Below are positions 41,030-54,139 of a stretch of 64,000 nucleotides of DNA, piece by piece. The position numbers and the translations under genes are program-made. Each line of letters begins with the position of its first letter. Position 1 is the first letter of the stretch. The stretch is from Octopus sinensis (lineage: Eukaryota), in assembly GCF_006345805.1 (NCBI RefSeq), contig NC_043002.1, forward strand, positions 28,892,001 to 28,956,000, given 5' to 3'. The notes under the pieces are model-generated. The model had not been told where the DNA came from and searched no databases. It worked only from the letters and a program-made list of their open reading frames with translations.

Positions 41030-41440
41030 TTTCCAATACAACACACGATCCATAGAAGAAGGGCCGAAAATTTCAAGAAGGAAAAATTTTCCAAACCTGA
41101 GATGCTGTAAAGGATAGTGTTTGGCAGTGCTACCAATGGTCATTGTCGGTTCGAAATAAATGCAACATGCCCGGAAATACCGTTTGCTGGGCATGTCCCA
41201 GATGTCCGTCGAGCGTCGAAACTGTTCTGCATGCACTTGTCCCGTGCCCAATTATCGCTGATTTATGGAGCTATGTTGAACACCTTCTGTTGCGTTCGGA
41301 ATGGATCAGGCAATCAAGTGAGACCACAGAACATATTGTTTGTCCAAAAAGGACAGGCAATTTTCATCTGACTGATGGTGTTATCGAAAATTATTGTGTA
41401 GACCAGATTGAAGTGACTGAAGGTGCAACGTGGCACAAAG
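41030..41440 (+). mobile_element. Tx1/L1-like LINE ORF2 C-terminal fragment (copy 1)
   Basis: QCYQWSLSVRNK...ACPRCPSSVETVLHALVPCPIIADLW (CCHC zinc knuckle), then KGQAIFI*LMVLSKIIV*TRLK in a shifted frame. Confidence 0.75.
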
Positions 41441-41444
41441 TTAC

Positions 41445-43140
41445 AATTCGGTCTACTTCTAGCCGGGATGGGTGTATGCTACACGAGTCCAGGCAGATGT
41501 GTACGGAATTTCAGCAGCACTTCACCGAAATGTTTGGGGTGCGCGGTGCATCGTCGACGGAGGTGGATTTCACCTCCTATCTCGGCGGCATGCCGCGCCT
41601 TTCGGCCAGGGATGCGGAGTTCTGCGAAATGTCGGTAACAGCCGAAGATATATAGGAGGCCATGAAGGCCTGCCCAAGAGAGAAATCTCTGGGGTTGGAT
41701 GGTCTACCTTTCGAGCTTCATCTTCATATGCCAGACTTGTTCGGTGATATCTTGGCAGATGTCTACCACAACTGGCAGCAGAACGGGAGAATACCCAGTG
41801 CTGTGAGCCATTCCAACCGACTGCTTGGTAGGGTGTTGGACGGAAGGACCAGTTAAATTGCATTGAGTCTGGTTTGGTGTTGAACGCCAGGTGGACAAGA
41901 CTGGGGGTAGGTGACGAGCAGGATAGCCAATTTCACCCAGAAATGGGCAGAGAGGAAACTGTCGCTGAAAGGTTGGGTGGCGGTGGTGAATGCGTACATC
42001 GATTCCGTCATCTACTACCGCCTGACCGTCGTCACTTGCCCTGCTTCATGACTGACCAAGCTGGAGCGCTTGCTCTTCTGCTTTCTGTTGAAGGGTCGTG
42101 TTCCACTCGTCAGACGCTCCATCTGCTATCAACAGCCGCTGAGTGTATGGCTAATGATGCGCAGACACGCGCTGAGGCTGCAACATCCACAGCACTTTCT
42201 TAACGGTGAACAGGTGTGGTCACCGTTCACCAAATGGGACTTTCCGCAGCTCGTCTCATAGATGGAGTTACAGTCCTGGGTCAAGCGTTGACCAAGAAAG
42301 GGCGCCTGGTAACTGGAGTGTCTGCAAGCGCTCACAGCTTTCTTCTGTTAGTCGGGTAACGCGATTGGTGGAAGTTCCACCATGAAGTACCATAGGGGAT
42401 TAGTGGCGGGCAAGAGCGACGAATTCCTCCGGGAAACTCTAGGCATCAGGAGAGATCAATTAACTGGTTTCTCCCAGAGGACTTTCAGGCCGGGGCCTCT
42501 GGATAACTCCCAGAAATTCCTGGGCTAGCAATGCTACCGGGGAGCTCTGTCGCTTCGAGAAAGCTCTATAGACACGGAAATGCTGGTAGGCGAGCCTGTC
42601 CGAAGTGTGCGCAGGGCGACAAAACAGTCCTGCACACATTCGTCTATTGTCCATAACTTCTCGAGCTTTGTCGAATAGCTGTTATCACGTGTGGGACAAA
42701 TCCGGTTATCAGCCGAGTCCATCGAGAAGAACGCCCCGCCACCTTCCTTTGACAAGGAAGGAAAGGCAGTTTTCCTTTGTCCGGTGGCTATGGCTAAGGA
42801 GGAAGTGTGGTGGACAAGATTGAAGGACTAAAGACAGATACTTTCTTCTTCCTTATTAACTTTTACAAGTTTCTCTTGACAACGAAAGTGAGGGTAGAGT
42901 GGGAAGTTTTGCCCCTCTCCCCAGTAAATTTGTTGAAAGGTGGGTGCGTGTGGCGAGGATGACTCCTGTGTATGGACTTACTCTAAACTTCCAATTGTAA
43001 AACGGAGGAGTTGAGAAGGGGAGAGGCACTTATTGAGGTGTACCAAGCGGACAGGATAACGATAATGTGTGGGGTTCCTCGAATGTCCCCGTGAGGAATT
43101 TCACCATTTAAGGGAATTTTATTGTTTAATTGTATTGTTA
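41445..43140 (+). mobile_element. Tx1/L1-like LINE ORF2 fragment with the RT core deleted (copy 2)
   Basis: KSLGLDGLPFE...NWQQNGRIP is joined directly to GCWTEGPVKL...KWAERKLSLKG...VNAYIDSVIYYRLTVV...LERLLFCFLLKG. Then come QCYRGALSLREKL...CPKCAQGDKTVLHTFVYCP and AKEEVWWTRLK. No YADD region is seen. Confidence 0.82.
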
Positions 43141-43290
43141 ATTGTCACTATTATTTTATTGGCCAGTAAGTTGAGGGTAGGGTCTAAATCAATTACATCC
43201 ACCCAAGTACTCAACTGGAAATGCCCGGCGATCTCACGATTCTGCCAGTTCGTCAACTTAATAATAATGATGATGATGATGATGATGATG

Positions 43291-43336
<46 letters not shown>

Positions 43337-43339
<3 letters not shown>

Positions 43340-43556
43340 CTTTTACTCTTTTACTCATTTACTTGTTTCAGTCATTTGACTGTGACACCGCCTTTTAGTC
43401 GAACAAATCGATCCCAGGACTTATTCTTTGTAAGCCTAGTACTTATTATACCGGCTTCTTTCGCCGAACCGCTAAGTTACGGGGACGTAAACACACCAGC
43501 GTCGGTGGTCAAGCGATGTTGGGGGGACAAACACAGACACACAAACATATACACGC

Positions 43557-43635
<79 letters not shown>

Positions 43636-43818
43636 ATATACGCACACACATATACAACGGGCTTCTTTCAGTTTCCGTCTACCAAATCCACACACGAGGC
43701 TTTGATCGGTCGGATGCTATAGTAGAAGATACTTGCGCAAGGTGCCACCCAGTGGGACTGAACCTGGAACCATGTGGTTGGTAAGCAAGCTACTTACCAC
43801 ACAGCCACTTCTACGCCT
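43337..43818 (-). mobile_element. Full-length family B SINE
   Basis: Reverse complement of the 26877-27288 family, with an expanded internal (AT)n. Confidence 0.9.
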
Positions 43819-43827
43819 AAGTGTGTG

Positions 43828-43945
43828 ACGCTTACACCACCTAGGTTTCCCAAGCGGTCGCCCATCTAAGTACTAACTAGGCTCGACGTTGCTTAACTTT
43901 GGTGATCGGATGAGAACCGGTGCTTTCAACGTGATATGGCCGTAA
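43828..43945 (-). rRNA. 5S rRNA: 5S rRNA copy, probably a retro-pseudogene
   Basis: Minus strand reads TTACGGCCATATCACGTTGAAAGCACCGGTTCTCATCCGATCACCAAAGTTAAGCAACGTCGAGCCTAGTTAGTACTTAGATGGGCGACCGCTTGGGAAACCTAGGTGGTGTAAGCGT. This is ~118 nt with box A and box C recognisable, apparent CpG-type substitutions and no oligo-T terminator. Confidence 0.9.
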
Positions 43946-44284
43946 TAATAATGTAAGTTTAACGTATGAGGCAACATTAGAAGAATAAATAAAAAGGGTA
44001 CCTTTTATGCTTTGTGTAGGTCTGAGCATATATCACAGTTGTTAACAGAGAATAATAACTGTGATCATTCTCATTGGTAACATATCGAAAAAAAGACAAA
44101 ATATTTGATTTATACAAAAGTAAACTAATTAATAGATAGATATATTGATTTGTTTTTGTTATTGTTTTGTTACTCCTCTGGTACTTTTTCTCTTTTTTTT
44201 ACTTTTTACAATTTCTTTCTCTTTATACTTAACTGAATGCAAATCCGCAACGTCTGGTTCACATTACTGCAGTGTACATGCATG

Positions 44285-44510
44285 CTTGTATGTATGTATG
44301 TGTGTATGTATGCATGCATGTATGTATGTATGTATGTATGCATGTATGTATGCGTGCATGTATGTATGTATGTATGTATGTATGTATGTATGTATGTATG
44401 TATGTGTATGTATGTATGTATGTATGTATGTGTATGTATGTATGTATGTGTATGTATGTATGTATGTATGTATGCATGTATTTATGCATGTATGTATGTA
44501 TACATGCAAG
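44285..44510. repeat. (GTAT)n microsatellite
   Basis: Direct array. Confidence 0.95.
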
Positions 44511-44802
44511 TGTGTGTTTGTGTGTGTTTGTGTATGTGTGTGTGTCTGTGTACCCATACGAGTGAATAAAAGATTCAAATACGTTTTTGTGTATTATAAT
44601 TAGGAGTATATGAGTGCGTGCGTGTATGTGTGTGTCTGTATAAATCTTAACGCCCCCATACATTCATTTAGAACAAATATTTGTAATTTTACACGCATTT
44701 ATCTGTATATTAAATATTTCTTTAGAAACTGATTTGCATTTCTTTTTTATACATGTATGCGTGTGAGTATATATATGTGTTGGTATGAATACATGTAAAT
44801 AT

Positions 44803-44845
<43 letters not shown>

Positions 44846-44990
44846 CTATACACAGATAAATATACATCCATGCATTATAAGTAAGTGTGTTTTGTGCGTA
44901 TCAATCTTTTTGTCGCATGACTGATTGCACATAATATCAATAAAGTCAGATTCGTTACAGAGTGAATAATCAGTTTTCAACGAATATACG

Positions 44991-45035
<45 letters not shown>

Positions 45036-45036
45036 A

Positions 45037-45070
<34 letters not shown>

Positions 45071-46064
45071 ATATACATGTATATTATATATATACATATC
45101 ACAAACCACACACACGTCACAATATATATATATATATATATATGTACACACGCACACACAAATACATCAACATTTAAGTATGTTCCTGTATATATCTATG
45201 TGCTCATATGTGTTTATATGAACTAGCGTGCGTGCATGCGTACGAACATTTGTGCATGATTGGCTACGAGAAAAGATGCAAGAAAAAAAATGTAAACATT
45301 GAAAAATATTTTTTATAAAAAAATTCTAAAATACTCTATGAAAAGAAGAGAAAATGGCGCATGATCGTTGTAAGCATTGTAATTCTATCAAATAACATTG
45401 AATGTGGATGAATGTTTATTGAATAAAAATGACAGTTCATTCACTATTGAGACTCTTTCAATGAATATAAAATTTCAATTGGAGGATATGATGTCTTCTT
45501 ATTCAGCGTGTGGAACAAAACAAATTTCAATCATTTATGTTATAACTTCATTCCATGAATGCGTACAACAAATATATAGAAAGGAGTGCCTTTTGTCGTT
45601 GCCTATCTACCTACAAATGACGTAGAAAGCTTGACTGAATGACGTAATAGTTCTACATTAATGACACGACGAAACATGTTTAAATACTCCTTTTTGCCTC
45701 CTTGTTCATCACTTGTCTAGCACACGCACGCACACAGACACACAGACACACACACAGACACACATACACACACAAACAATGTAGTATTCTGTGATAGAAA
45801 ATTCAACAAAGAAAGTACTCCATTTGGTGAGAAATAAATATTATTCTTTAAATGTCGCAATACATGTATTTAAGCGCTACGAATAGTTTTGTATGTTGAG
45901 AAATATTCTTCTGCTACAAACCACATATCATAACGAACTAAAAAATTGAATAATAAAGGAAAGGCGAAAAACTGAGATGGCAGTATATAGAAAACGCAGA
46001 AAGGAAAATTATTCGCCCCTCCTTTTCTGGTCGAAAATGTGATATGTAATTATATATGTATATG

Positions 46065-46141
<77 letters not shown>

Positions 46142-46165
46142 AAATATATAATATATATTATATAT

Positions 46166-46196
<31 letters not shown>

Positions 46197-46336
46197 TATA
46201 TATATACATAAATACAAACTGGGACAAGAACGCAAAACCTTTAGGAGACGATACAAAAAATATGAATACAAAAATAATACGTAAAAACAACAACAACAAC
46301 AACAACAACAATAACAATAATAATAATAATAATAAT

Positions 46337-46374
<38 letters not shown>

Positions 46375-46800
46375 TAACAGGACATCACAAACATGTGTCT
46401 TTCGACTAGGACGAATTAAACTCATCTGGCGTGTCACGAATGTGACTTGGGGCAGAGAAAAAAATGTTGATGTTACCGCGACTGCTTTCAGACCAAAAAG
46501 GCCAGTAGTCGATCAGTTAGTCAGACATGTGTGAAGGGAAGAGAGAGGAAAGAGAGACAGAGGAATTAAGGAGGGAGAGAAGAGAGAGAAAAAGAGGAAC
46601 ACGGAATTAAGGAGGAGGAGAAGAGAGAGAGAGCGAGAAAAAGAGACAGGGACAAAGTGAAGTGCAAAGTACGAAGGGCAAAGAATTGTAGGATAGGGGG
46701 AGGGACAGTGTTATAGAGTCGTACCAAGTTTAGAGAAATGTGTATTTAAATATAAGAGAGAGGGTACGTATGCTGCTATATATATATATATATATACAAA

Positions 46801-46928
46801 CAAACTGGCACAAGAACGCAAAACATTTAGAAGACGATACAAAAAACACGGACAGGACATTCGAAGCCTTCAATCTTCAGTCCGTGTTTTCTGTGTCGTC
46901 TTCTAATGTTTTGTGTTCTGTCCCAGTT

Positions 46929-46930
<2 letters not shown>
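46801..46930. repeat. Fold-back inverted repeat (arms ~52 bp, 26-nt loop); third direct copy of the arm at 46215-46260
   Basis: 46801-46853 matches the reverse complement of 46880-46930 at roughly 85-90% identity. Confidence 0.85.
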
Positions 46931-46991
<61 letters not shown>

Positions 46992-49954
46992 TATATATAT
47001 ATGCGTGTGTGTGGGTGCGCGCGTGTATGCGTGTGTGTGTATACATACATATATAGAGAGAGGGAGAGAGGGAGAAAGTGAGAAAGAGATAGACTATACA
47101 TAGTCATCAGATAGTATGCAGATGAATCTGAAACTATAACACTGGCTCCTATCTCCAGGGGAGTTGGTGCTGGTATAGAAATTCGGGTACATAAACTTTT
47201 ATGCTCAAAGAATGTATTCGCATGGAAATTTGTGTATACAAGTAGATTATAGAAATAATTCTTATCTTTACAGCTGTTTCGGATAATCGACGACTGGTTC
47301 CGTAACCAAGTATATTATGTAATTAGATTCAATAATATTGTAACACAGATTTTAAGATGTCCCTGATATGAAGTCATCCTATCCACATCAAAGTGAGTTG
47401 CAAGCGTTTGAAAAAAACAACCCAGTACCCATCAATAAAACAACTAGACTTTCCACAAATCATTTAAATGCTGAGACTGAAAACCCTGTACATGATCTCT
47501 GGTCTGTATAATAGAGTAAACGGTTACTGATTCCTATGATAGAGAAAATCGTTTGCGCTGGTTTGGGCAGAGGTGGTACACAACTTGGTACGCAAAATAT
47601 GTAGAAGTCCTCAGATAATGCATCCGTGCAAGGCTCTTTAAAAGCATTGCTACTTCTTGGTCTCGGATACTTTGGTCTTCATCCTGTGTCTTTCACAATT
47701 CATTCATTCACACGTTATATCTTTAGCTCATTCTTTCTAAATAACTCTATTTCTTCTCTTTCTTTGAGAAGGGTCTCATACCTGAAACACTAACTGACTC
47801 TCTTCTTTGTCTGTGTTAAACTAGTACCACGAATTCAATGTTCATTCTTCTTGCGATGGACTTGTTAATATTTATTGTCCTTAATGTGTTCGCGTACATC
47901 TGATTAAGCATAAATATATGTGTTTGTGTGTGTTTGTGTGTGTGTGCATGCACATGCCCGTACGTGATTGCATTCGTGTGTGAGTGTTTATGTATGTGCG
48001 TGTGTGCGTGTGTATGTAGATAGATGTTTATCCGTCTTTCTCATTCCTTTTATGCTTTTCTAGTTCTTCTGACGAATGACTAACGCCCGAAACGTTGCTG
48101 TTCTTAACATTTCCTTAAAATCGTTTTATTAATACCGTTTTCATTAAACATTGTACCTATTGTGTAGCTATTTTCATTGCCCACTACATGATATATTGGC
48201 ACGTATGTACTTTGTATATACACACAGGCATACACGCATACTTTCAGGCATACATACAGTCATACATACATACATACATACATACATACATACATACATA
48301 CGTACATACATATGTACGTACGTACATACAGCAAAGTACAAATAAACACACGCACATACATATATGTATATACATTCATTAACCGCAACAGAGGCTCATA
48401 TATTTGCATGGAAACATATATTGGAACTCATATATTCAAACACTTAACATTCTATGTCCAATAACGTCAAACTTTAGGCATGTTTATAGGTTGATATATA
48501 AAGACACAGGGATCTCCCCTTCCAAAGTATATACACAAACAAAACACACAAACGCATATGCGTGCACACTCATGGCAGTATGTTCACCCTCATATATAGT
48601 CACACATACACACACTGCAAAGATAGGTGATAGAATCATCCGAACACTTCCTTAGACATGCGCAAACAGAAATAATTTAGTTAACATGCATATATTTATA
48701 CATCCATACACACGCAATTTATACACATTTACATGCATACATAAGTAACGTATACACACAGGCTAAAACTTAAATACACTGAGATATCTACACATTGACT
48801 AACACACATATATAATTATATATATGCGCTTCTAAGAAACCCGCATCATCTCTTTTGTGTCTTCAACGTGCCGTTACCAGCGAACAACCCGAACACAAGG
48901 CTCCCGTAATTTATACAATTATGGCCAGTTTCCATTTCATAATGCCTGCTAATGGCATCCCGAAAGGCCTTGATAATGAAATGAAATATGGCCGCTGCCT
49001 CTTTCAGTTAAAGCCTCTGTTTATTCGTTTCCAGTGATTATAATATATGGGTTTCAGCCATTTCTATTCTCCTCTACACGTTCGCTCAACTTGCCAGCAC
49101 TAACACCAGAATCTCCCTAAAATTTAACTATAATGTCATGCAAAATCAAGGCCACATTTCACAATGTTATTCCAAATACGTTTTGTCAAAATGTTTATTC
49201 GACCTGCCTGAAATATCAGCTACAATAATCTCATAACTTTACATGTCTCATTAAAAATATGAAACAGAATTTAGTATTACACACACAATATACGAATATG
49301 TAAGACGTGCTGGACACAGTAACAAACATTTGATCACTGATGGGTTTTGTGATATGTGACGTGGCATGAACGATAGCCAATATTAACAATAGTCCTTTCT
49401 CGAATATTATATATATTATATCCAATACATTCCTATGAACATTCTTTTATTGTTGATAAAATTAATTCTCTCCTTTGCTCACTATCTTTCAGTGTGTGTG
49501 TGTAAATAGTAAATAAGAAGGCATTTATATCTATATACGTGCAGATTTGTATGTCTTGCTTTATGTATGTATGAAACAGTAAACAGGCAAAGATTATACA
49601 TAGATAAATTCATTCTACTTATGGCTATTGGATTCTAATAATATATTATTCATATGTTAATAACTGATCTCTAAAATTCGTAGAAATTATTCGCCTAAAG
49701 GCGTGGAAACAAATATTCACCACAGTTAAAAGTAAGTATTTAAATCGGCATGGCTTATTTAGTAAGCTGTTCCAATCAGTGTCCGAGTAAATCCTCAATC
49801 CAAAGAATGAGATCAGTAAGATCACGAAGACGAATAAACGACAGACATGTATATGTGTATATATTGATATATACGAATATGTGTATATATTTAATCATAC
49901 ATTATGTATGCGTGTACGTATATATGTAAAGTATGTGTGTACGTATGTATATTT

Positions 49955-50390
49955 AAAATTTTAAAAACTCACTCATACTTGATTCAGTCGTTGCACTGCG
50001 GCCACGCTGGGACACAGCCCTTCGGCATTTTTTAGTGGAATGTATCGACCCCAGGACTTTATTTTCTCGGTATCTTTTGCCGAACTCTATGGTTCGCGGG
50101 GTAAGCATACCAACACTACTTGTCAAGCGGTGGTGCGAGACAAACACTGGCTCAAAGACACGCACACACACACTCACACATTTGATAAAAGGAAACTAAA
50201 AGATGTCTTACCCATGTGTGTGTATATATATATGTGTATATATATACGTAAGACTTATTTTAGTTTCCCTCCATCAAGTCCACTCCCAAGGCTTTGATCG
50301 GCCGGAGGCTATAGTAGAAGATGTCCAAATTGCAATGCAGTGGGACTGAACCCGGAGCTATGTGGTTGAGAAGCAACCTTCTCAACACCC
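49955..50390 (-). mobile_element. Decayed family B SINE
   Basis: CTATAGTAGAAG..GGGACTGAACCCGG..ATGTGGTTG motifs and the 3' CAGTCGTTGCACTGCGGCCA part. Confidence 0.65.
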
Positions 50391-51542
50391 ACCCACACTA
50401 AAAAAAATATTCTCTGCAATTATATACAATTACATATATATAATAAACTCTAAATCAACACACACACACATACATACACACACACACACTACAAACGTAT
50501 TCATATTCGCAGGCAACATTTAGACAAATAGTCAAAATTGAACGATCGCTAGATGGATCAGTTTGAACGACTGTAAGTGAAAAATTAACCTGCGAGAGAT
50601 ACCAGTGAAATCTCACAAAGATTACAACATAGTCTCTTATAATGGAAAGAATATAGCGAAGGCTAATACCGTTAGGCAAATTACGAAACAAACAATCGAG
50701 ATAATGAATGTCTTAGAAATGTCGACGTTTCGGACAGTTGTCGCTTGTCAAGAAAAATCGACAAGGAAAACGGGGGAAAATAAGAAAAAAATCGGCTGCA
50801 TGCTCATGATACGCGCAGTAGTTTGTGCCTGTTTGTACATGGACTTTTACGTATATTTGTTTGTATGCCTGTATATGTGTTTCCGCATGTATGATGTAAT
50901 GTTTTCTGCTTGTGTATACAAGTTTTCTTGGGCGATGTTGCTTACCCGTCGCTTGATTCCAGTCTGTGATCATAATTATTCCACTCATTCATATCCCAAA
51001 ATTATTGACTTGCATACATTGTGTATCTAAGCCAAAACTCTCTATTTTGTCGTCATTCCTTTAGACCACGGGTATAATTTATGTGAGATTTGGTTGTTAT
51101 TTCTAATGCATGCAGTGACCATGTAGATGTCCAGCTATAATATTCTTCCTATTGGTTTCTATTAGGGTATGTGTACTCCAGCATTTATGTACGTGTGCAT
51201 GCGCGTATGCTTGGGTGTGTGCGTGCTTGTGTTTTGGAGTGCAAGTTTATACAATGCGCATGCGTGTGCATATGCTTGTAAGTGTGTGTGTGTATGTGTG
51301 TGTGTGATGAGAAGGCGGTGCATATTGGAAAGTGTGCGTGCGCCCTAAGGTTTCACAATGGTTCATACGTATTTGTGCGAGGTTCACTTTGCCTGAGCAC
51401 ATGTTAAAGTAGATATTAAACACAAGACAGGCACACACTCACAAATATATGCATTTATATATATGCCTTTGAGTGTATATATATATAAATATATATATAT
51501 ATGCATATATGCATATATATAGACATTTTTATATAGCCATAC

Positions 51543-51601
<59 letters not shown>

Positions 51602-52990
51602 TATTTTATGATTTATAGAAGGAGAGACGGAAAAACAAGAGGGAAAATGAAAGATGAGTATGTGTTTATGTATATGTATGAGTGTACGTGTGTATGTGTG
51701 CACACGTTTTATATTAGCATTTGTGTGCGTGTGAGACAGTGCTTGACAGCACATCCCACCCTCTATGATGGATCACTTCAGAAAGAAAATTGAAAATTGA
51801 ACATCAAATCAAACACGTGGACAGGCACACGTGGTGTACGCCCACACGATGCATGTGTTTGCAAGGAAACGCACATAGACATTAAAAACGCACATGCACA
51901 TGTACGCAAACATACATAGACACACCTCATGCATAGATTCATACATACATACATACATACATACATACATACATACAAACATATATACATACATACAATA
52001 CAATACATACAGGTTGACTGATAAATACCACAATTAGTTACAGAAACAGAGAAAATGAATTACTACAAACTCATCATTCCCAACACCAGCACCAGCGTAA
52101 CCATCACCACTTCCACCACTACTAATTACCGCCGACTACAGCCCCGCTCTCATCTCACCAACACGTTCAAAGCCATCATCCGCACCATTACCATTTTCAC
52201 GATCGTCGCCATCAACGCAACCACCATGAGTACCCACTTCTGTTAATCTCATCAACACCCGAACCGTCACCATCTCAACCACATTCGCTACAACCACTGC
52301 TGATGTCACTGCAGCTACTACTGTCGTAAATGATAAACAGCACCCGAATCACCACCATAATTCTACTGCCGCTTATACAATAACCATCAACTATCATCAC
52401 CCCCACCGCCACCACCACCACCACCACCACCACTACCACGATGACAACGATCACCAACACCACCAGCACCATCACCACCACCACCACCACCACCACCAAA
52501 ACTAACGCCACCACAAACACCACCACACTAGCTGCAACAGTATCATTACCATCGCCATCACCTACTACTACTACTACTACTACTCTACTACTACTACTAC
52601 TACTACTGTCTTCAATGAAGCAATCTTTATAAGCACTAACTAGAGTAGCACCAAAGTTACTACGTCTACGAAAACTACGATGAAATCACTAAGACTTTTT
52701 CACACTACTTACAACTAGTTTTACCAAGATCACCACCACCAATATTACTACTATCATTAGGTAGAACGTGACCCACGAAGCCTCCTTCTCCGCCAGTCCA
52801 CTGACTCAAACCACTGCTACAAACACAAAGATAACCCCATCCACTGCCTCTTTAACCAATACAACTATTTCTACTACGACTGTTGTCAACATCAAACCAG
52901 ATTTTAAAAAAACCGACATCATCAACATCCATTACCAACACTACCATCACAATCACCGTCGCCGCCGCCGCCGCCGCCACCACCACCACC

Positions 52991-53022
<32 letters not shown>

Positions 53023-53478
53023 CAACAACAACACTGCTAGGTTTTGAGCAAAGCTCTTCGTCAGAAACCGGAGACGGAGGAAAGTCGAAGAGAAAAGGAA
53101 GACGGAGGAAAAAATCGCCAACGATCCAAATGTGGTTATATACACACATACATATATACACATGTATAGATAGAATTAAAAGAATTAGATTTCTCTGTAG
53201 ACTTACCATTGTCTTTTTCTGTATACACTTGTTTTTCGTTGTTTTTTTCTGCATGGACTTTAGATATATTTTTGTGTAAAATTTCGATTTATTCATACAT
53301 ATGAACAAACTGACGTAATTTCCGCCAAAAGACACAGATTGGACGCCATATTCACTAACATATTTACTAACAATGAATGCCTATTGCAATACGCTGAGTT
53401 CACATGTGGAATCCAGCGCACATCATATTATCCGCTCTCTTTTTATCTTCAATATCATCATTATTATAAGGAGGGCGA

Positions 53479-53878
53479 AGGCGGCTAGCTGGCAGAAACG
53501 TTAGCACGCCGGGTGAAATGCTTAGCGGTATTTCGTCTGCCGTTGCGTTTTGAGTTCAAATTCCGTCGAGATCAACTTTGCCTTTCATCCTTTCGGGGTC
53601 GATAAATTAAGTACCAGTTACGCACTGGGGACGATATAATCGACTTAATCCGTTTGTCTGTCCTTGTTTGCCCCCTCTATGTGTAGCCCCTTGTGGGTAG
53701 TAAAGAAATAGGTATTTTGTCTGCAGGTACGTTCTGAGTTCAAATTCTGCCGAGGTTGACTTTGCCTTTCATCCTTTCGGGATCGATAAATTAAGTATCA
53801 GTGAAACACTGGGATCAATGTAATCGACTGATACCTCCCACCAAATTTTAGGCTTTATGCCGATAAAAGTAAAGATTA
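53479..53878 (+). mobile_element. Dimeric CORE-type SINE
   Basis: Full monomer 53479-53710 plus a headless monomer starting GGTATTTTGTCTG at 53711. Confidence 0.85.
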
Positions 53879-53884
53879 TTATAT

Positions 53885-54105
53885 ATTTCTTTATTGCCCA
53901 CAGGGGCTAAACATAGAGGGGACAAACAAGGGCAATCATAGGGATTAAGTCGATTACATCGACACCCGTGCGTAACTGGTACTTATTTAATCGACTCCGA
54001 AAGGGTGAAAGGCAATATCTAATTCGGCGAAATTTGACCTCAGAAGGTAACGGCAGATGAAAAACCGCTAAGCATTTCGCCCAACGTGCTAACGATTCTC
54101 CTATT
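53885..54105 (-). mobile_element. CORE-type SINE (family A)
   Basis: Reverse copy, tail-to-tail with the dimer. Confidence 0.8.
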
Positions 54106-54139
54106 TCAGCGCTCTAGAAACCATTATTATAAGGACGTT

